From Cyanophora paradoxa CCMP329 (Eukaryota > Plantae > Glaucophyta), in contig QPMI01000066.1 in the NCBI GenBank assembly GCA_004431415.1, positions 124,001-188,000 on the forward strand: a stretch of 64,000 nt of DNA, in the 5' to 3' direction. This document shows positions 1 to 10,705 of the stretch, piece after piece (within the stretch, counting starts at the first letter, position 1; the number at the start of each line of letters is the position of its first letter). A program made the translations under genes and the position numbers. The notes under the pieces were generated by a model. The model searched no databases and was not told the origin of the DNA. It worked only from the letters and a program-made list of their open reading frames with translations.

Positions 1-47
1 TTATTTCTCTTATTCTCTTGTTGGTTTGCGACCCGTTTTGCGTGCAG

Positions 48-3000
48 ATCTGGGCGCTGCCGCCCGAGGCGGGGGGCCCCCGGTCGCCCTACTCGCGCCC
101 CTCGTCGTTCGCGGCGGTGCCGCCGCGCAGGGGCGGCGCCCGCCTCGCCCTCTGGCGGGAGGTGCACGTCCTAAGGGGCCACCGCGGCGCCGTCCTCGGC
201 GTCGCTTTTAGGTGAGCCCGCGAGCAGTTAGGAAAGCTCTCATTTAAGTACTTGAAACTGGTACTGCTAGAACTAGGCGTACTTGCGCCAAGCCTTCCTT
301 CCGCTCATTGTACTGCGGCGGCTCACTCTGACTCGCGCGCGGCAGCGACGACGGGAGCCTCCTCGTCTCCGCCTCCGCCGACAAGACCCTCAAGGCGCGC
401 CGGCGCCGGCGCCGCCGCCGCCGCCGCGCCCGCCCGGCTGTTGCGGCTGACCGCTGCGCAGATCTGGCGGACGGACCGCGGCCTCTCCCGCACCGCCCTA
501 CTGGTGCGCCCGCATTACATTAGAGAACGCGGCCCGGCCGATTAGATTCGATGACCGCGGGATACATTCGAGCCTAAACTGTTTACACATAGACAGTCGG
601 GGTCGCGAAATAGGAGCAGCGCCCGTGCCCGCCCCAGAATCGAAGCGCCGGCGCCGGCGCCGTTGCTCACTCGCGCCGGGGGCGGGCGGGCGGGGGGTAG
701 GGCCACACGGACGAGGTGTGCGCCTGCGCCTTCAACGGCGACGCCTCCCGCGCCTTCAGGTGATCTCAGCCGCCTCCTCACCTGAGCCGGGCTCGGCTGA
801 GCTCACCTGAGCCCCGCTGAACGTACCCCCGGCAGCGCGGCGCGGGACAACACCGTCCGCGTCTGGAGCACCGTCTCCGGCGCCTGCCTCTCCGTCCTCC
901 GCGGTGACTGCTGTCCCTCTCTCTCCTTCTCGCCCCAGAAAGCTTTTCCTTGAATAAAGAGTTGTTGAGGCTTAAGCTTCCCTCCCTCCCTCCCCGTCTT
1001 CTGAGCCCGACCACATGGGCACGGACAGGCCACCTGGACGCGGTGCGGTGCCTCGCGATCTCCCTCGACCAGTCCTTCCTCGTCACAGGCTCCCTCGACC
1101 GCGACCTCAAGGCCCGCCCGCCCCGCCCCGCCCCGCCCCGATTTCCGTTCGATTTCCGCTCCGATTTCCGTTCGTTCGAATTCCGGGGCGGGGGAAGAGG
1201 CGGGCCCGCGGCCGGCCGAGGATCGCGCGCGGCGACGCGGCTTTGTCGCTCCATTCCGCTCTAGATTCGCTCTTGTTCGCTGTGATACTTCGATTTTCGA
1301 TTCGCACATAGATTCCATCCCATTCCACGTTGTTGGAGAGGGGGCGCTTTCCTGACGAGGGGGCGCAGGTGTGGCGGGCGGCGGTGCGGGAGGAGGACGC
1401 GCGGGGCGGCGCCGGCGCGGAGGAGGCCTACGGCGCCACCGCCGTCGCCGTCTCCCCCGACGGGCCCGCCCACGCCGCCGACGTGCGCCCTCCGAATCAA
1501 ATCTCTCGAATACTCGCTCTCTCTCTCTCTCTCCCTCTTCCCTCTTTATTCTGATTCTCGGCGGCGGCGGGGGCCTCCCTCGCTTCGTTCGCAGGCGGCG
1601 GAGGCGGCGCTGCAGCTGCTGCCGTACCACACGGCGCCCGTCTACGCCGTCGCCCTCTCCCCGGACCGCTCCCGCTGCGCCACCGGCGGCGCCGACCGCG
1701 CCGCCAAGGCCCGCCCCGCCCCGCCCAGCCCCGCCCCGCCCCGCCCCTAGCCTAGCCTTTGGCCTTGCCCCGGGGCCTGAGCGCCGCCTAGTCTGCTCTC
1801 GTTGGTCTAGATCTGCTCTCGTTGGTCTAGATCTGACGCCGACGCCGACTCTGTCCGCCGCGCAGCTGTGGGACGTGGCGACGGGCGAGTGCACAGCGAC
1901 GCTCGTCGGGCACGCCGGGTGCGCCCGCCCGCCCCGCGGCCTCCGAGCTGCTCGGCCTTCCTAGCCTCCGAGCCGCTCGGCCCTCTAAGCCTCTGAGCGC
2001 TCGGCCCTCTAAGTAACCACACGCGCTTCGAGCCACTTCGAACCGCTTCGAGCCGCTCGGCCCTCTTAGCCTCTGAGCTCGAGCTGCCTTCGCCTCTTGG
2101 CCTCTTAGCCTCCTAACTAACTCGCGCCGGCCTCGAGCTGCTCGGCCTTCTGAGCGGCCTTCTTAGCTCCTTCCTTCCCCAAGCTCGGCCTTCAAACCTT
2201 CCTTGAGCTGCTCGGCCCTCTTAGCCTTCTGAGCGCTCGTCCGCTGCGCGTGCAGGTGGGTGCGCGCGCTGGCGTGGACGGGCGACAGCCGCCTTGCCTC
2301 CGCCGGAGACGACAAGGCCGTCGTCGTGCGCCCCCCCAAGCCCCCTCTCCGACAAGTGATTAAAGGGCCTAGCGATCGCCTCGCCCCGCGTCGCCTCGAG
2401 CGCGCGCCGTCTCCGGATGCGCCGGCGCTGCAGCTGACGTCACTGATGACGCCGGGTCGGGCGGGCGGGCGGGGCGGCAGCTCTGGAACGTGGCGACGCA
2501 GAAGCAGGTCCTGAGGATGGGCGGCCACGAGCAGGTCTCCCCCCCCCCTCGCACCCGTACCCCCGCCCCACCCCGCCCACCCTGATCGCGGCGGCGCAGG
2601 TGGTGCTGAGCCTGGCGCCCTCGGCCGACGGCGCGCGCCTCGCCTCTGCGTCCCAGGACTGCACCGTCCGCGTGCGTCAGCTGCCTCAGGCCTGATCTGC
2701 CGCCTGATCTGCCGCCTCAGCTGTGGGACACGAGGACGGGCCGATGCGTGCAGACGCTGCGGGGGCACACGGGCGAGGTGCTCTGCGTCGCGTGGAGCGC
2801 CGACGGGCAGAAGCTCGCCACCGGCAGCGCCGACAAGTCCTGCCGCGTCTGGGGCGCCGCCAAGGGCGCCCTCGAGGCCTCCGCCGCCGGCGCCGGCAGC
2901 TACCCGGTGCGCGCCGTGCCGTGCCGTGCCGTGCCCCCCGCTGCCCCGCCCCGCCCCGCCCCGCCCGCTTTCTTCGGTGGAGCCTTGCTCGAGCTTAAGC

Positions 3001-4019
3001 CGCGGCGGCGCGCGCAGGTTCTGGCGTGCGCGTTCAGTCCGATAGGCGACCTCGTAGCCTGCGCCGCGGACTACAAGGACATCCTCGTGCGTCCACGCTC
3101 GAGTTGCTCTAAGCGGGGGCGGCAACGGGAGGTGGGCGGCCCCGGGCGGCTTGGCGACGGGGGGGCGTGACGTCAACGGGGGCGCCGGACGGGTCGGCGG
3201 CGGCTGTGGCGACGGAGGGGAATTGATCACCGACGTTATCCTAGCAGCGTTATAGTAATAGTATTGAGCGTCGGCAAACGCCTGTAATGGCAGCGGCGGC
3301 GGCGGCGGCGGCGGCGGGTCTAACGGGGCCGGCGGCAGGTGTGGAATGCGCACAACGGGCAGACGGTCGCCGTTCTCGGCGCCCACTCGAACCGCGTCCG
3401 CGCCCTCCAGTGGGGCCCTTCCCGCCTCGTCTCCCTCTCCCGGTACCCCTCCCCGCCTTCCCCTTCCCCCTACCTTCCCTTCCCCGTCTGACGGGGGTAC
3501 AGGGACCGGTCGGTGCGGCTGTGGGTGCCTCCCAGCGGCAAGGGCGGCGGGGGGGCGGGCGGCCGCTTCGGCGGCCCGCGCGCCCTCTTCACTGCCGGCG
3601 ACGAGCTGCTTCTCGCAGGGTGCGCCGCCCCCGCCCACACGAAAGATTACCATCTACATCTTAGGTGTAGAAAGAGAAGACGGGGCTTGTTCTCCCAGTA
3701 GATTGTCATTCGGATGTCGTGACCCGCGCGCGCGCGCCGGCGCTGAGCCCAGCTCTCTAGTCTGACGCGGCGGGGCGGGGCGGCCCGCGGCCGGGCAGGG
3801 TGGACGAGGAGGAGCCGACGGCGGCGGCGCTCAGCGCCGACGGCGCCCTCGTCGCCCTTGCCTCCTCCGCCGGCCGCGTGCGCCCCACCCCCCGCCCCGC
3901 CCCGCCCCGCCCCTCGATTCCGACTCTGATTTGCGCCCGCGCAGCCGATTCTGCTCCGGCCGATGTTTGCGGGGAGGGGCCCAGGCCCGGAGAGGAATTC
4001 GAAGGCGCCCTTCAGCTAG
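48..4019 (+). CDS. WD40-repeat protein, 3' portion (gene starts upstream of window), multi-exon, at least 9 WD repeats
   Basis: Spliced exons give LRGHRGAVLGVAFS..LVSASADKTLKIW, GHTDEVCACAFNGD..ARDNTVRVW, GHLDAVRCLAISLD..GSLDRDLKVW, GHAGWVRALAW, GHEQVVLSLAPSADG..SQDCTVRLW, GHTGEVLCVAWSADG..SADKSCRVW. Last exon 3945-4019 ends in TAG. Confidence 0.9.
1940..2235. repeat. Intronic degenerate tandem repeat (CTCGGCCCTCT(A/T)AGCCTCTGAGC / GAGCTGCTCGGCCTTC words)
   Basis: Words recur many times inside the ~340-nt intron 1919-2255 of the WD40 gene. Confidence 0.7.
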
Positions 4020-4087
4020 TGGGTCCATTTAACGTTGATCTATTCAGCCCGGCAGCGCCGTCTATTATATTTAGTTCTAATTACTAG

Positions 4088-4329
4088 TACTGTAAACGTA
4101 GAAAAGTTCGTCAAGACTTTATTTCGACAAAACCCGAAAATCGTGACGAAAATATGGTTCGCCGGCATCATATTTTCGTCAGCCCCAGGACTCCGCCATA
4201 GTGGGGTCAGCCGTTAGTACCCCTCTCCAAACAAAATTTCAGCTTAAGAGCATCAAATATTCGTCAAAGCGAGGGTCTGTCGAATATAGACGAAATAAAG
4301 ACAGCTCTGTCGACGTCAAGTTTACAGTA
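4088..4329 (+). mobile_element. MITE, TA-flanked (Tc1/mariner-like ends), bipartite TIR
   Basis: Left TACTGTAAAC-N19-CTTTATTTCG; right CGAAATAAAG-N19-GTTTACAGTA; AT-rich interior; a diverged inverted copy lies at ~32893-33079. Confidence 0.75.
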
Positions 4330-5621
4330 GTTAGCTCTGTCGACGTCAAGTCATCGACCGATGTCAATTTCTGCAATCGCTCAACATGTACATCGCATCT
4401 AGATCTAGAATCATAGTTCTAGATCTGGTGGTGGAAAACCGGGTAGCTGCAGCCTGCGCATGCATGTGCAACCTGCAGTGCAGGCTTGTCTTTCTGCAGA
4501 GAATATTAATCTGCACTGCTGCCAGCCTGCCACTGCCTGCCTCGAGCTCACGCAGCTGCAGGCTCAACTGCCCGCGGCCGCTCATGATCAAGGCTCCCTG
4601 CCACACTGCTTGCCTCACGCATGCGCAGCTGCCGCAGCAGCGCAGGGCCTCAGCGCACGTCCTCAGGGTACGTGGGCCAGCGGAGCAAGCTGCCATTGAC
4701 TCAGTGAAGCTGGGCGACCGACGTGGCGACGTCTATAGCTACTAGTAGATATCCCGATCATATCCGATATGTAATCATTGAATGTTCAAATGATGTAACA
4801 TCTGTTAACGTTCCGTATATCCAGCTAATTTATCCAGATTCCTGAGTGGAATCTGGATTCTGCATCAATGTTCGCGATCGCGACTCTTCGAGTGCCGGTC
4901 CGTCGTGATCACGGGATTCACGGCGTCCCAGTTTTTTTTGAGACAGTTTTACGCATGCGAGAATCTTGCAATCCTGAAAGATTCGCCGCGTCTGGCCCGT
5001 CCGGCACGGTCCGGCCCACCGTCCGGGCCGTCCAGCCGGGTAGGCCAGTACAGCTCCGAAACCAAGCTCCGCCAGCAGCCTCCACGAAGAGCTCCGAACT
5101 CTCGAGCCTGGAAGCATCATTGACGCTGTGACGGAGCTCCCAAAGCACAAGTACCCCGGGCGGCTAGCTTGCGGCTTCCCACAAGTTCCCAGGCGCATCT
5201 TGCAGTTACGACGTCAGAAGTTACCAGCTGCATGCGCATGCACGCTGCAGCGCAGCACTGCCGCAGTGCATGCAGCTGTCAGCACACCGTACGAAGACGT
5301 CGCGCGATCGCCGATCCAGGAGCGGTGTACCGCGCCCGGCGCCGTTCCGGACCGGCGGTCACCGGCGAGTGACCGCAGATTCGCCCGCTGCATGCAGCGC
5401 CGCGGCCGTACCGCACTGCGGCACTGCGGCACGTGCGCGTCGTATACGTTAGACGTATACGTAGCTAGCTAGCACTGCCTAGCAGCAGCAGTCAACCAGC
5501 TACTCCTAGCCGTACGCGTGCGAGTACGCACACGCGACGTACGCAAACACGATCAACGTATACGTACGCGCGCGCGCTTAGCAATCGCGAGCTGTTCCGG
5601 TTATCCCAGCAATTGCAAGAC

Positions 5622-6799
5622 ATGACCAGCCACACGAGCGAAGACGCCGCGGCCGACGCCAGCTGTAGCTGCAGCACGAGCATGGCGGCTGATCAGCGAA
5701 AAGCCGACCCGCTAGCGCGCCTCGTTTCCATCTTCCGCGGCCGCCGGCCAAGCTTGAGTGCCACGCGCGGGCGCCGCCGCGCGTACTCTGAAGGCGACGC
5801 CGACAGCGACACGCTCCTCCAAACACTGAGTGCGTACACGTTCGCGCGGCTGCGCATGCATCTCGTTCGCTACGCGAGCTCACGATCACGCGTACGGGCC
5901 CACTCGCGCAGGCGCGCCGCCGCAGCTGTGCATCGATATCGATAATATCCGCCTCGGCGAGGCCTCCGATCGCGATCGTGACGCGGAATTAGAAGGCGGC
6001 GATGGCATCGGCCTGGACCTGCCGCCCTTCCACGGGGGGATGCGGGTCCAGTCCCTCCCCTCCATGTCCTCCTCCGATCCGGCCGCCGTCCCGCCCGTGA
6101 GGAGACCCAGCCGCCCCCGGTCCCTGTCCCTCGATCCGTCCGAGTCCTCCACCGTCCGGTCCCTGGAGAGCATTCCCGAGGAAATTCCGGCCTCGAGCTC
6201 GCGATCGCCGCGGCCGGCGCCGATCTCCCCCACGTCCCCCTCCGTCACGGGCGCCTCGCGCCTCGCCTGCCGCATCCGATCTGCAGTGGAGTTCGCCTCC
6301 GGCCCCGTGTCCCTCGCCTCGTCCGTCGCGAGCTCCGTCGACGTCCCCTGCAGCCCCGCCCGCGAAGAGGTGACCAGCCTCCTTAAGTTTCCCTTGGCTC
6401 GATTCGAAGTTGGCTGATTGGTTGATCGTGGCAGGCCCGCTCGGGCTCGAGCTCGCGCCGCGCCTCCTACAGGAATGTCCAGGGGCTGGAGTCGGCCATG
6501 GCCGAGGTGCTCATGACCCTTCCCTCCCCGCGCGCCCCTCCCCGCCCCGCCCGGACCCGCTTTCTGATCGATCGGGCGGCGCGCAGGCCCGTTCGAGCGC
6601 GAGCTCGCGCCGGTCCTCCATCAAGGATTTGGAGCCCCTGCCCGATCGCGAGGCCGACCGGACCCGGCCGCCCGCCCACGGGCGGTTCGGGCCCGTTCAG
6701 CCCCACCCGCCCAATCACTTTGACCACGAGCTGATGGCCCCGACGCACGACTGGGAGGAGGAGATCGCCCGCCGCCTCGGCGCTTCGGTCCACCTGTGA
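5622..6799 (+). CDS. Unrecognised Ser/Arg/Pro-rich disordered protein, paralog 1 (316 aa; exons 5622-5829, 5912-6369, 6435-6506, 6587-6799)
   Basis: GT-AG introns keep one open frame; the same exon structure and phases occur in two other copies; conserved DPLARLVSIFR, LDLPPFH, SLESIPEEIP, FDHELMAPTHDWEEEIARRLG. Confidence 0.8.
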
Positions 6800-7597
6800 T
6801 GCGTAAACCACTCGGACCGCTTCAAATTTCGCTTTGTACGAACGTTTCCCGTGATTGCAACATCTGCATGTATCTCAAGCTCAACTAGAATTTCTGAGTA
6901 CTAGTGTACTTTCCCGAATGCTTAAGACTTAACATTTAATTTAGCAAGAGCCTGCATCTTGCAATTGCATGCAATTCGGGTCCAGCGATTCTTCGATGTC
7001 TTGTTCAGCGTTGTCGTAGTGCACAGATACGATTCCTACCGTAGTACGTACGATTCTGAACGTTTTTGATCTGCATGCAGGGACCGTAGTTTGTCATCAT
7101 GAGCTCGCCGAGTCCGCGGCCTGTAGGCCGAGCCTAGTTTCATTTAAAGCTTAAGATTTTCTTTTCAATTTATAAATATGCGTCATGGCATGTTGATCAT
7201 GGTACAGGCACGTAGCTTTCAGAAGGTTAAACGCATTCTTGTATATACGAATGACTGTGCATGTAAACGGTCAGTGCTGATCATGAGCTTAGCAAGTGCT
7301 AGCTAGCTAAATGTCGTAAGCAGAGGCCAGGCCCTGCCGGTGTAGATTCACTAGGTCTAGAACTATTTATACACGTGCGCGTTCTCGAACTGTACCGTAG
7401 TACCCTCTAATTTAACGAGCAAATGCTAAGCTGCCACACCCAGCTATAGCTACGTATACAGAGTCGTATACGTAGCATCAGACTTCGTCTCGAGTTGTCG
7501 TTGTCAGCAGCCGCCACCTGATGTTTATGATGAGATGCATGTTTTTTATATATGCATATGCCATGATGGTTCGCTTTGGATCCAAATCCAGAGCCAT

Positions 7598-7878
7598 GAG
7601 CTCAAGCCGGGGTGCACGTGGAGGGCAAGGGCAAGGAAGACATCGAGCGCCCCCCCAAGGTCCCCGATATTGATGTGGCTGTGCGGCACCTGTAGCCCCC
7701 CCGAGGGGGGATACGCATTCTCAGCGCAGATGTGCACGTGCACGTAGTTTCAAGAGGCAGGCAGCCAATTGCAAGGCAGCGCAGCGCAGGCAGGCAGCCG
7801 GCGCCCCGATTACCTCCTCAAACCCCCCCCCCCCCCCCCCCCCCAGGGGTAGGACTTCGCCTCGCCCCCGCCCCCCGC
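7598..7878 (+). pseudogene. Fragment of the PDXK last exon plus downstream sequence (reverse complement of ~51391-51686)
   Basis: 7633-7695 reads [20 protein letters not shown] versus [22 protein letters not shown]; similarity continues through TCAAGAGGCAG..AGCGCAGC..CAGGCAGCC, the C-run and CCTCGCCCC. Confidence 0.85.
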
Positions 7879-8134
7879 TTGTCTCAGGATGTGAAAATTT
7901 AAAGTGGGGTCTAAATTAAGCAAGACAGCATCTGCAGCTGCAGGCCAGGCTGCAGCTAGCGCTCACTAAGCGTAGGCCTGGACCGCCAGACTTCAATCGC
8001 TCGCGAAAGCGAATTCAAAATGGACGCAGCCGAAGGCGCCGCCCATTGCTCGAGGCCTAGGTCCCCGCTGGACCCTGAAGCCGCCGTCGAATCCGCAGGC
8101 CGGGGGTACCACGAGCGGCCGGGCCGGGGGAGAA

Positions 8135-9225
8135 GCGAGCTGCGCCGCCGCCCGCCGCGCCTCCGCCCTTCCCGCTGAGCCGCGCCGCCGCCCCCCGCGC
8201 CTCCGCCCCGGGCCCCGCCCGTCGAGCGGCGCCGCCGCCCCCGCGCCTCCGCCCCGCCGGCGAGCCGAGCCGCCGCCCGCTGCGCCTCCGCCCCCGCCGG
8301 CGAGCCGCGCCGGGCGCGGCCGCCCGCCGCGCGCGCCTCTGCGCCGCCTGCTGCCCGCGCCCCGGCCGCCACGCCGCGCCTCCGCCCCGCCGGCGAGCCA
8401 CGCCGCCGCCCGCCGCGCCTTCGCACCGCCCAGCGAGCCGCGCCGCCGCCCCCCGCGCCTCCGCCCCCGCCGGCGAGCCGCGCCGCCGCCCGCCGCGTCT
8501 CCGCCCCCGCCGGCGAGCCACGCCGCCGCCCGCTGCGCCTTCGCACCGCCCAGCGAGCCGCGCCGCCGCCCCCCGCGCCTCCGCCCGCGCCGGCGAGCCG
8601 CGCCGCCGCCCGCTGCGCCTTCGCACCGCCCAGCGAGCCGCGCCGCCGCCCGCCGCGCCTGCGCCCCGCCGGCGAGCCGCGCCGCCGCCCGCCGCGCCTC
8701 CGCCCCCGCCGGCGAGCCGCGCCGGGCGCCGCCGCCCGCCGCGCGCGCCTCTGCGCCGCCTGCTGCCCGCGCCCCGGCCGCCACGCCGCGCCTCCGCCCC
8801 GCCGGCGAGCCACGCCGCCGCCCGCCGCGCCTTCGCACCGCCCAGCGAGCCGCGCCGCCGCCCCCCGCGCCTCCGCCCGCGCCGGCGAGCCGCGCCGCCG
8901 CCCGCCGCGTCTCCACCCCCGCCGGCGAGCCGCGCCGGGCGCCGCCGCCCGCCGCGCGCGCCTCTGCGCCGCCTGCTGCCCGCGCCCCGGCCGCCACGCC
9001 GCGCCTCCGCCCCGCCGGCGAGCCGCGCCGCCGCCCGCCGTGCCTTCGCACCGCCCAGCGAGCCACGCCGCCGCCCGCCGCGCCTGCGCCCTGCCCGGCG
9101 AGCCGCGCCGCCGCCCGCCGCGTCTCCGCCCCGCCGGCGAGCCGCGCCGGGCGCCGCCGCCCGCCGCGCGCGCCTCTGCGCCGGCGCCGCCTGCTGCCCG
9201 CGCCCCGGCCGCCACGCCGCGCCTC
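8135..9225. repeat. Extremely GC-rich minisatellite (~40-bp modules plus a ~90-bp module)
   Basis: Recurrent CCGGCGAGCCGCGCCGCCGCCCGCCGCGCCTCCGCCCC and variants (CCTTCGCACCGCCCAGCGAGCC; GCGCGCCTCTGCGCCGCCTGCTGCCCGCGCCCCGGCCGCCACGCC x4). Confidence 0.95.
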
Positions 9226-9659
9226 CTGGCCATATGCACGCGCACCGTTTGCAATGGCAGTTGTTGCCGACTGCATAGGCTATAGCTATGTCATGCCGCG
9301 GCGTGCGCGCGCGGCGTGCGCGACCTACGGTGGGTCGGGGCGCCGGCCTGGCCTACAGTGGGTCGACGTCGACGTCGGGGCCTCGGGCCGCGCGCCGCGT
9401 CCGAAGGAGCTAGGAGCTGCGCTGCGCTGCACGGACGACGGGCCGGGCCGTTGCGGCGGGTTCGGATATCGATTCGGAGCTTGCGATGGCAGGCGGCCGC
9501 GGGGGTGGAGCGGCGCGGAGCGTACGCGTGCAGCGCAGCGGGGCTCCCGCTCAGGGCCGCTCCGGCCGCGCGCGGGCCGCTCGAGCTCGACTTGCGGCCC
9601 GCCACAGCGGCCCCCCGCCGCGGCCTGCTGGCCTGGGTACCGCGGTACCTTGAAGACTT

Positions 9660-9860
9660 TCGACATTCCCGACATTTCCAGGCTTTTCCCCGACATTTCC
9701 AGGCTTTTTTCGCCAGTTGACTTTTCTGGCTTTTTTCGCTGTTCATGTGTGAATTAAAGATCATCGAGATCGGGGATCCTTGCAATTGAGGCTTGAGCGC
9801 TAGCTTGTTCAAAGAATCATCGGGGATCGGGGATCCTTGTATAAAGAATCATCGAGAATC
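9660..9860. repeat. Short tandem repeats (CCGACATTTCCAGGCTTTT x2; TCATCG.GGATCGGGGATCCTTG-like x2)
   Basis: Direct repeats visible in an AT-richer patch; possibly the subterminal region of a decayed element. Confidence 0.6.
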
Positions 9861-10705
9861 CGAGTCAGTGCGCCACTGCCACGGTGCCAGTGTACCGTGC
9901 GGCCCGTGCCACCCACTGGCACGGTGGCACCAGCTGCAGACTGCAGTGCGCCGCGGCGCCGGCGCGACGTCGACGTGCGCGTCCGATATCGATGGACCGA
10001 TGGTCGATGTCGGTAATCAATGCTAATCATTAGTCAGACATGATCACGTCATCATGGCATGATCATGATCACCCCCGCGGGCCGCGGCACAGACTGGCCG
10101 CACAGTACAGTGGCAGTACTACTAAGTAATGCCGGCGTGCACTGCGGCGGGCAGTGCGCATCACCACAGGCTCCGCACTGATCATGAGTCCGCAGGAGGC
10201 GGCACAAGTACTGCCGCGGCAGGACCGCAGCGCATGCCGGCCGCGGGCGCTAGACTCAGTAGCTAAAGACTACCGGGGGTATATACGTATCGCTAGACTG
10301 CTGGTACCACGAACCGCGCGCGCGCGCGGTACGTACTACCGTAGTACGGTATAACTTAGTAAGTATCATACTATGATAGTATGTTTCATACGTACTCGTA
10401 CGCGTACGCACAGTGGCACATGTGCACCAGTACCAAGTTCTGCCAACTCGTACTCAGCAATTGCGATTCCAGGATTCTCTTAGCTGCAGCTGGTTACTGC
10501 CAGGCCCTAGCCTAGCTATATAGGGCTGGTTGCAGTACTAGTATTAGCTATAGTGCGCGCGCGCGTACGTAAACGCGTACGCGTCACGAGGCGTGCCGCG
10601 CGCAGTGCGCAACTAAGCATACGCGATCGATTGCAACGTACGCACGCTTAGCGATCGCGAGCTGTTCCGTTTATATAGATATCGATATCCCAGCAATTGC
10701 AAGAT

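Noticed and set aside
803-3653. Long minus-strand ORFs (363 and 496 aa)
   Set aside because: Antisense shadows of the WD40 gene in GC-rich DNA.
4830-5472. Short overlapping ORFs upstream of paralog 1
   Set aside because: No recognisable motifs or consistent splice pattern.
7956-9276. 427-432-aa Arg/Gly/Ala ORFs on the minus strand
   Set aside because: Stop-free by-products of the GC minisatellite; several frames are open and there are no introns or domain signal.
7766-9788. CAATTGCAAGG / CCTTGCAATTG as TIRs around the minisatellite
   Set aside because: GCAATTGC is ubiquitous here, the left copy lies inside the PDXK remnant, and there is no TSD.
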